Source: Xylanibacter ruminicola 23 (GTDB lineage: Bacteria; Bacteroidota; Bacteroidia; Bacteroidales; Bacteroidaceae). Taken from it: DNA of 32,000 nucleotides. Under the pieces are notes generated by a model. The model was not told the DNA's origin and did no database searches. It was given only the letters and a program-made list of their open reading frames with translations. Below are positions 26,388 through 32,000 of the stretch, piece by piece. The stretch lies in contig NC_014033.1 in the NCBI RefSeq assembly GCF_000025925.1, positions 1,710,001 through 1,742,000 on the forward strand, given 5' to 3'. Numbering within the stretch: the first letter of the stretch is position 1; every line of letters begins with the position of its first letter. The position numbers and the translations under genes were made by a program.

Positions 26388-27593
26388 ATGGAAAATTATT
26401 TTGCTGACGAGAGAGGTTTTTACGGAGAGTTTGGCGGGGCGTATGTTCCCGAGATACTCTACAAGTGTGTACACGACCTGCAGGAGGCTTACCTGCCTAT
26501 CATTGAAAGCGCAGAGTTTAAGGCAGAATACCACGCCCTGCTGAAAGATTATGTTGGTCGCCCCAGTCCACTGTACTTCGCTAAGCGCATGAGCGAGAAG
26601 TATGGTTGCCAACTTTACTTGAAGCGTGAGGACCTGAACCATACGGGTGCCCACAAGATCAACAACACTATCGGACAGATTCTGCTGGCCAAGAAATTGG
26701 GCAAGACACGCATCATAGCCGAGACAGGTGCCGGCCAGCACGGTGTGGCCACTGCCACCGTGTGCGCACTGATGAACATGAAGTGCGAGGTGTTTATGGG
26801 AGCTACCGACGTGGAGCGCCAGCACACCAATGTGGAGCGCATGAAGATGCTGGGTGCCGAGGTTCACCCCGTACGTACAGGTAACATGACGCTGAGCGAT
26901 GCCTGTAGCGAGGCTATACGCGACTGGTGCTGTCACCCTGCTGACACTTTCTACATCGTAGGTAGCACCATGGGCCCACACCCCTACCCCGACCTGGTGG
27001 CACGCATGCAGAGCGTGATCAGCGAAGAAATCAAATGGCAGCTAGAGGCCCAGATTGGTCGCGACTATCCCGACTATCTGATAGCCTGCATCGGTGGTGG
27101 TAGCAACGCAGCCGGCACTATCTATCACTACGTGAACGAAGAGCGCACCAAGATTGTGCTGGCCGAAGCTGGCGGACACGGTTGGCAGACCGACCATACT
27201 GCAGCCACCATCCATAAAGGTACAACAGGTATTCTTCACGGCTCAAAAATGCTGGTGATGCAGGATGAGAACGGACAGATACAGGAGGCCTTCACCATCA
27301 GCGCAGGTCTGGACTATCCCGGCGTTGGTCCCATGCACTGCAACATGGCGAAGAAAGGGCGCACACAGGTACTGAGTATCAACGACGATGAGGCTATCCG
27401 TGGCGGTTACGAGCTGACGCGTATGGAGGGTATCATCCCCGCCATCGAAAGTGCCCACGCCATTGCAGCACTCTCGAAACTCACGTTCAAGAAGGACGAT
27501 GTAGTAGTGCTGACGGTAAGCGGTCGCGGCGATAAGGACGTAGAGACCTATCTGAAGAATAAGGCTATGGCTGGTGAATACGGATATTTTTGA
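26388..27593 (+). CDS. trpB: tryptophan synthase beta chain
   Basis: 401 aa. It has FGGAYVPE, the PLP-lysine motif HTGAHKINN, and GGGSNA. Confidence 0.97.
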   Translation: MENYFADERGFYGEFGGAYVPEILYKCVHDLQEAYLPIIESAEFKAEYHALLKDYVGRPSPLYFAKRMSEKYGCQLYLKREDLNHTGAHKINNTIGQILLAKKLGKTRIIAETGAGQHGVATATVCALMNMKCEVFMGATDVERQHTNVERMKMLGAEVHPVRTGNMTLSDACSEAIRDWCCHPADTFYIVGSTMGPHPYPDLVARMQSVISEEIKWQLEAQIGRDYPDYLIACIGGGSNAAGTIYHYVNEERTKIVLAEAGGHGWQTDHTAATIHKGTTGILHGSKMLVMQDENGQIQEAFTISAGLDYPGVGPMHCNMAKKGRTQVLSINDDEAIRGGYELTRMEGIIPAIESAHAIAALSKLTFKKDDVVVLTVSGRGDKDVETYLKNKAMAGEYGYF

Positions 27594-27609
27594 TTGAACA
27601 TTGAACATT
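27594..27609 (+). repeat. heptad array TTGAACA-TTGAACA-TT filling the whole trpB-trpE gap (contains the 13-mer AACATTGAACATT at 27597-27609)
   Basis: Read directly. The array begins right after the trpB stop (27591-27593) and ends at the trpE ATG (27610). Confidence 0.7.
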
Positions 27610-29001
27610 ATGAGTAATTTCAATTATACAACTACAAGCAAAACCATTCTGGCGGATTTGTATACGCCAGTGGGGGTATATATGCGACTGAGAGATTTGT
27701 ACCCACAGAGCGCGCTGATGGAGAGTTCTGACTATCACGAGAAGGACAACTCACGCTCGTTTATCGGTATCGAGCCCATGGCCAGCGTAGCTATCGGTCA
27801 CGGCATGGCCACTATCACCTACCCTGATGGCACCACACTGCAGCACGAGGTAAACAAGGATTACCGCAGCGATAAGGCTATCCACGAACTGATAGATCGC
27901 ATACACGTAGAGGGTGACGATGCCAAGCTTTGCGGACTGTTTGGCTATACCAGCTTCAATGCCGTACGCTACTTTGAAGATATCAACGTAAAGGACGAGA
28001 CTCAGGCCAAGAACGATGCCCCTGACTTGCTTTATATATTATATAAGGTGGTGATTGTGTTCGACCACTTTAATAATACCATCAAGCTTGTTTCGCTGGA
28101 AGGCGATACCAAACTCGATGATGTAGTAAAGGCCATGAACAAGGCCAATGTAAAGGCATACGATTTCCACCCTGTAGGCGATGTGCGCTCTACCTTGACA
28201 GATGATGAGCATCGTGAGAACATCCGTCGAGGCATTAAGCACTGTCTGCGTGGCGATGTGTTCCAGATTGTGCTGAGCCGCCGATTCATCCAGCAATACG
28301 AGGGCGACGATTTCAAACTGTATCGTGCCCTGCGTTCAATCAACCCAAGCCCCTATCTGTTCTACTTCGACTTTGGCGGTTTCCGTATCTTCGGTTCAAG
28401 TCCCGAAACCCACTGTCGTATCGAAGGCCATAAAGCCTATATCGACCCTATTGCCGGTACCACCAAACGTACAGGTGATGCTGAGGCCGACCGCCAGGGG
28501 GCTGAATATCTGCGCAACGATCCTAAGGAGAATGCCGAGCACGTGATGCTGGTTGACCTGGCACGTAACGACCTGAGCCGCAACTGTCATGGTGTAAAGG
28601 TAGATTTCTATAAGGATTTGCAGTATTACAGTCATGTCATCCACTTGGTATCGCGTGTATCAGGCGAGCTCGATAACAACGCTGATCCTATCAAGGCTTT
28701 CATCGACACCTTCCCTGCAGGTACCCTTTCAGGTGCACCCAAGGTACGCGCCATGCAGCTTATCAGCGAGTACGAGCCACATAACCGCGGTGCCTACGGC
28801 GGTTGCATCGGCTACATCGGACTGGATGGCAGTTTGAATCAGGCCATCACCATCCGTACCTTTGTATCGCGTAATGGTGAGTTGTGGTTCCAGGCAGGTG
28901 GTGGCATCGTTGCTAAGAGCGATGTAGAGTACGAACTGCAGGAGGTGAACAACAAGCTTGGCGCCCTGCGCAAGGCTATACTGATGGCGGAGAAGATGTA
29001 A
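27610..29001 (+). CDS. trpE: anthranilate synthase component I
   Basis: The ORF track starts at the TTG at 27601; I prefer the ATG at 27610 (MSNFNYTTTSKTILADLYTPV...). The chorismate-binding core is present (GTLSGAPKVRAMQLI, GAYGGCIGY). Confidence 0.95.
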   Translation: MSNFNYTTTSKTILADLYTPVGVYMRLRDLYPQSALMESSDYHEKDNSRSFIGIEPMASVAIGHGMATITYPDGTTLQHEVNKDYRSDKAIHELIDRIHVEGDDAKLCGLFGYTSFNAVRYFEDINVKDETQAKNDAPDLLYILYKVVIVFDHFNNTIKLVSLEGDTKLDDVVKAMNKANVKAYDFHPVGDVRSTLTDDEHRENIRRGIKHCLRGDVFQIVLSRRFIQQYEGDDFKLYRALRSINPSPYLFYFDFGGFRIFGSSPETHCRIEGHKAYIDPIAGTTKRTGDAEADRQGAEYLRNDPKENAEHVMLVDLARNDLSRNCHGVKVDFYKDLQYYSHVIHLVSRVSGELDNNADPIKAFIDTFPAGTLSGAPKVRAMQLISEYEPHNRGAYGGCIGYIGLDGSLNQAITIRTFVSRNGELWFQAGGGIVAKSDVEYELQEVNNKLGALRKAILMAEKM

Positions 29002-29006
29002 TAAGG

Positions 29007-29034
29007 CACGGATTACACGGATTAACACGGATTT
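29007..29034 (+). repeat. three tandem CACGGATT(A/AA/T) units between trpE and trpG
   Basis: Read directly: CACGGATTA (29007-29015), CACGGATTAA (29016-29025) and CACGGATTT (29026-29034). The trpG ATG follows at 29038. Confidence 0.7.
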
Positions 29035-29037
29035 GTT

Positions 29038-29601
29038 ATGAAAATAGTCATTATTGATAACTACGACTCGTTTACATACAACTTGAGTCATTTAGTAAAG
29101 GAGCTGGGCGCAGAGGTAACGGTGCTGCGTAACGACCAGTTTAAGCTTGAGGATTTGGAGCCATATAGCAAGATTATCCTGAGTCCGGGGCCTGGTATCC
29201 CCAGCGAGGCAGGTCTGCTGCTCGACGTGATTAAGAGCTATGCTGGTAAGAAGCCTATCCTGGGTGTGTGTCTGGGACATCAAGCCATCGGCGAGGCATT
29301 CGGTGGTAAGCTGGAAAACCTGAGCGATGTGTTCCACGGCGTAGCAACACCCTGTCATATTACCGTAGAAGACCCCATCTTCAGTGGCATAGAGCGAAAT
29401 ATCACCATCGGTCGCTACCACTCGTGGGTGGTATCAAAAGAGAACCTGCCCGACTGCTTAGAGGTAACCGCCGAGAGCGACGAAGGACAGATTATGGCCC
29501 TGCGCCACAAAACGATGAACATCCGCGGCATACAGTTCCACCCAGAGAGCGTACTGACACCCGACGGCAAGAAAATGCTGCAAAACTGGATGTTTCTTTA
29601 A
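29038..29601 (+). CDS. trpG: anthranilate synthase component II (glutamine amidotransferase)
   Basis: 187 aa. It is a class-I GATase with GVCLGHQ (catalytic Cys) and the FHPES motif. Confidence 0.92.
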   Translation: MKIVIIDNYDSFTYNLSHLVKELGAEVTVLRNDQFKLEDLEPYSKIILSPGPGIPSEAGLLLDVIKSYAGKKPILGVCLGHQAIGEAFGGKLENLSDVFHGVATPCHITVEDPIFSGIERNITIGRYHSWVVSKENLPDCLEVTAESDEGQIMALRHKTMNIRGIQFHPESVLTPDGKKMLQNWMFL

Positions 29602-29631
29602 CATTGAACATTAAAGATTAAACATTAAAAG
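29597..29631 (+). repeat. five tandem heptads TTTAACA-TTGAACA-TTAAAGA-TTAAACA-TTAAAAG upstream of trpD (contains the 16-mer TTTAACATTGAACATT at 29597-29612)
   Basis: Read directly. The array overlaps the trpG stop (29599-29601) and ends 4 nt before the trpD ATG (29636). Confidence 0.7.
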
Positions 29632-29635
29632 AGAT

Positions 29636-30646
29636 ATGGCACAGACAATGAAGGACATCCTGAACAGGATGCTGAACCACGAGGAACTGTCTCGTGAAGA
29701 AATGAAAGAAATTCTGATTGGTATCACCCAGAGCGAGTATCCCAACGAGCAGATTACTGCTCTGCTCACCGCGCTGCAGATGCGTGGCGTAACAGTCGAC
29801 GAACTGTTGGGTTTCCGCGATGGTATCTTGGAAACAGGCGTGCCAGCCATTCTGAATGCCGATCGCTACATCGACGTGGTAGGTACAGGTGGCGACCGCA
29901 AGAACACCTTTAATATCTCGACCACCAGCTGCTTTGTGATTGCTGGTGCGGGCTACAAGGTAGCTAAGCATGGAAACTACGCAGCTACATCGGTATCGGG
30001 TGCATCGAACGTGATTCAGCACCACGGCATTAAGTTTACCGATGATATCGACAAACTGAACCGCAGCTTGAACGAGGCTGGCATCGTGTATCTGCACGCC
30101 CAGCTGTTTGCCAAGGCCATGAAGTTTGTAGGCCCCATCCGCAAGGCCCTGCAGTTCCCTACCATCTTTAATTTGTTAGGACCACTGGTTAACCCCTCAC
30201 AGCCACAGTGCCAGTTATTGGGTGTAGCCAACCTCGACCAGATGCGCCTGTACAACCAGGTATATCAAAAGATTGGAATCGACTACGGTATCGTGAACTC
30301 TATCGATGGTTACGACGAGATCTCGCTGACAGGCGACTTCAAGGTAACCACCAAGCATTACGAGCGTATCTTTAAGCCCAGCGACCTTGGCTTTGAAATT
30401 GCCAAGCCCGAAGAGTTGGTTGGCGGTGCTACCGAAGAGGAGGCAGCACAGATCTTCGACAGCGTACTGGAGAACCGTGCCCTGCCCGCTCAGAAGAATA
30501 TCGTACTGGCCAATGCCGCCTTCGGTATCCAGGTTCTGGAGAAGGGCGAGAAGAGCATCGAGGAGTGTGTAGAGATTGCCCGCGAGAGTATCGACAGCGG
30601 TGCCGCCCTCCGCACCTTCAAGAAGTTCGTTGAGTTGAACAGTTAA
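29636..30646 (+). CDS. trpD: anthranilate phosphoribosyltransferase
   Basis: 336 aa. It has the GTGGD motif (DVVGTGGDRKNTFNIST) and KHGN. Confidence 0.95.
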   Translation: MAQTMKDILNRMLNHEELSREEMKEILIGITQSEYPNEQITALLTALQMRGVTVDELLGFRDGILETGVPAILNADRYIDVVGTGGDRKNTFNISTTSCFVIAGAGYKVAKHGNYAATSVSGASNVIQHHGIKFTDDIDKLNRSLNEAGIVYLHAQLFAKAMKFVGPIRKALQFPTIFNLLGPLVNPSQPQCQLLGVANLDQMRLYNQVYQKIGIDYGIVNSIDGYDEISLTGDFKVTTKHYERIFKPSDLGFEIAKPEELVGGATEEEAAQIFDSVLENRALPAQKNIVLANAAFGIQVLEKGEKSIEECVEIARESIDSGAALRTFKKFVELNS

Positions 30647-30708
30647 TTTTGGGCAACGGACTACAGGACCTAAAGATTATGCACTACCTATTGTAAATAT
30701 AAATAACA

Positions 30709-31494
30709 ATGGATATATTAGAAGAGATAGTAGCGAACAAGCGCGTGGAAGTTGAAGCAGCCAAGTTGGCTGTAGCACCAGCAGTGCTGCACAAACAGGT
30801 GGAGGCGATTCTCGACTTTAGCGTGGCTTCGATGAAAAATGCCCTCACCGCATCCGACTCGGGCATCATCGCAGAGTTCAAACGCAAGTCACCTTCAAAG
30901 GGTTGGATCAAAGAGGAGGGCCAACCCGACATCATCCCATTGAGCTACCAAAAGAATGGCGCTGCTGCACTGAGCATACTTACCGACCAGAAGTATTTTG
31001 GCGGTTGCGACGACTTTATTCGCACGGCCCGTCACAGCGGTGTAAACATCCCCATCCTTTACAAGAACTTTGTGATAGATGAGTACCAGCTGTTCCAGGC
31101 ACGCTTGTGCGGGGCTTCGGCTGTACTGCTGATTGCCGCCGACTTGTCGATAGCCGAGTGTAAAAGTCTGCTGAACACCGCCCACCAGTTAGGTCTGGAA
31201 GTTCTTTTAGAGATGCACTCCAACAAAGAATTGGAATACGCTGGGTTAGAGCCAGATATGTACGGTATCAACAACCGCAATTTAGGTTCATTTGTGACCG
31301 ACGTAGAGAACTCATTCCGCTTGGCTGAGCTATTACCAAAGGATGCCGTAAAGGTGAGCGAGAGTGGTATTTCGAACCCTGATACGGTGAAGGCTTTACG
31401 TGAGGTTGGTTTCCGTGGTTTCCTGATTGGCGAGAACTTTATGAAGACAGCCGATCCAGGATCAGCATTACGTGAATTGATTGAGAAGCTATGA
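30709..31494 (+). CDS. trpC: indole-3-glycerol phosphate synthase
   Basis: 261 aa. It has IAEFKRKSPSKG, SILTD..YFGG, and the LLEMH / INNRNL motifs. Confidence 0.95.
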   Translation: MDILEEIVANKRVEVEAAKLAVAPAVLHKQVEAILDFSVASMKNALTASDSGIIAEFKRKSPSKGWIKEEGQPDIIPLSYQKNGAAALSILTDQKYFGGCDDFIRTARHSGVNIPILYKNFVIDEYQLFQARLCGASAVLLIAADLSIAECKSLLNTAHQLGLEVLLEMHSNKELEYAGLEPDMYGINNRNLGSFVTDVENSFRLAELLPKDAVKVSESGISNPDTVKALREVGFRGFLIGENFMKTADPGSALRELIEKL

Positions 31495-32000
31495 TAATCA
31501 AGGTTTGTGGTATGAGAGAGGCGGAGAACATCCGCGAGGTTGAACAATGTTCAATGTTAAATGATCAATGTTCAATTGATTGGATGGGCTTCATCTTCTG
31601 GCCTAAGTCGAGTAGGTTTGTGAGCCAAGTGCCAGCTTACTTGCCAAAGCACTGCCAGCGCGTGGGTGTGTTTGTTGATGCCAGCATCGGCGACATCATG
31701 TCGGCCGTAGATAGCTTTGCACTCAACTATATCCAGTTGCATGGTCAGGAGTCGCCCAGCTACATCATTCAGTTGAAGCCACATCTACCCGCCGATGTAA
31801 AAATAATTAAATCCTTCAACATCGCCACTACCAACGACCTGGCGCAGACCAAACCCTACGAAGGATTGGCAGATATCTTTCTCTTCGATACGAAAGGAAA
31901 GTGCGTGGGTGGCAACGGTGAGAAGTTCGACTGGACGGTACTCGACGCCTACACAGGCAACACACCTTTCTTGCTGAGTGGTGGTATCGGTCCCGATGAT
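31491..32000 (+). CDS. trpF: phosphoribosylanthranilate isomerase, 5' 170 codons; the gene continues past the window end
   Basis: Not in the ORF track because it is open-ended. The ATG at 31491 overlaps the trpC stop as ATGA. Hand translation gives MIIKVCGMREAENIREVEQCSMLNDQCSIDWMGFIFWPKSSRFV...IQLHGQESP...FLFDTKG...GGNGEKFDW...LLSGGIGPDD, which is typical TrpF apart from an extra segment. Confidence 0.85.
   Translation, partial: MIIKVCGMREAENIREVEQCSMLNDQCSIDWMGFIFWPKSSRFVSQVPAYLPKHCQRVGVFVDASIGDIMSAVDSFALNYIQLHGQESPSYIIQLKPHLPADVKIIKSFNIATTNDLAQTKPYEGLADIFLFDTKGKCVGGNGEKFDWTVLDAYTGNTPFLLSGGIGPDD
31540..31580 (-). repeat. inverted copy of the trp heptad array inside the trpF coding sequence (minus strand reads TTGAACA-TTGATCA-TTTAACA-TTGAACA-TTGTTCA)
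   Basis: Read directly. It contains the rc of the 16-mer (31546-31561), the 15-bp palindrome TTGAACAATGTTCAA (31540-31554), and a 21-nt-spaced duplication of CAATGTTCAAT (31545-31555 and 31566-31576). Confidence 0.7.

Noticed and set aside
26352-26981. 209-aa minus-strand ORF overlapping the trpB 5' half.
   Set aside because: It is antisense to trpB, which carries the PLP-lysine motif. The translation is His/Val/Ala-rich with no family resemblance.
31540-31554. Palindrome TTGAACAATGTTCAA, considered as a LexA (Cheo-box-like GAAC-N4-GTTC) or other operator.
   Set aside because: The spacer is 3 nt rather than 4 nt. The site lies inside a coding region of a biosynthetic operon rather than at a promoter, and it is better explained as part of the heptad repeat array.
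29597-31561. 16-bp perfect inverted repeats flanking trpD-trpC, considered as an invertible DNA segment (inverton).
   Set aside because: Inversion would destroy an essential biosynthetic operon. The segment carries no promoter, and no recombinase gene lies nearby. RNA-level or repeat-family explanations are more economical. Read-pair orientation in sequencing data could still test it.
1-32000. Searched by eye for CRISPR arrays, tRNA/rRNA genes, transposase/integrase/IS ends and toxin-antitoxin or restriction/defence-type genes.
   Set aside because: Nothing fits. No regularly spaced 25-40 bp repeats, cloverleaf-capable segments or recombinase-like ORFs were seen. Every ORF longer than 90 aa that is not a shadow frame has a housekeeping, transport or envelope assignment.

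Overview
This is a chromosomal, mostly housekeeping segment of a Bacteroidota genome, Prevotella/Segatella-like. The taxonomic call is an inference from several signs. Nearly every transcription unit has a TAnnTTTG -7 box, start codons have A-rich upstream regions with no Shine-Dalgarno, a T9SS type-B C-terminal domain and DUF1573/DUF3078-type genes are present, and the trp genes run trpB-E-G-D-C-F. Layout:

- (1) 1-3640: the tail of a polysaccharide-biosynthesis locus, with a divergent partial GT, then GT4, a hexapeptide acyltransferase and another GT4. An AT-rich divergent promoter region lies at 265-742.
- (2) 3607-4262 (-): two small winged-helix genes, one carrying a histone-H1-like Lys/Ala tail.
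- (3) aspS (-), a DUF1573 gene (+) and a DUF3078-like OM protein (-).
- (4) 8024-16612 (+): yidC, an S9 peptidase, three 22-bp-phased palindromes, then an MFSD1-like MFS / DUF1846 / MFSD1-like MFS cassette.
- (5) 16602-22655 (-): a tightly packed five-gene unit of LysM-PBP, OM beta-barrel, POT peptide transporter, NhaC and an EEP nuclease/phosphatase.
- (6) A T9SS-CTD-only mini-protein overlapping uvrA (+).
- (7) 26165-32000 (+): the trp operon, with a promoter, a WWW leader peptide and attenuator, then trpB, trpE, trpG, trpD, trpC and partial trpF.

I found no rRNA or tRNA genes, CRISPR arrays, transposases or integrases, and no recognisable defence genes, so I do not claim a novel defence-type system. 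The features most worth a second look are regulatory or repeat structures that gene calls do not explain:

- a classical Trp-codon attenuator;
- a 13-16 nt box (AACATTGAACATT, built of TTGAACA heptads) that abuts or lies within about 25 nt of three trp start codons and recurs inverted and in frame inside trpF;
- a CACGGATT x3 array before trpG;
- a triple TTCCCA-N3-TGGGAA array;
- the uncharacterised DUF1846 gene sandwiched between two MFSD1-like transporters downstream of a peptidase.
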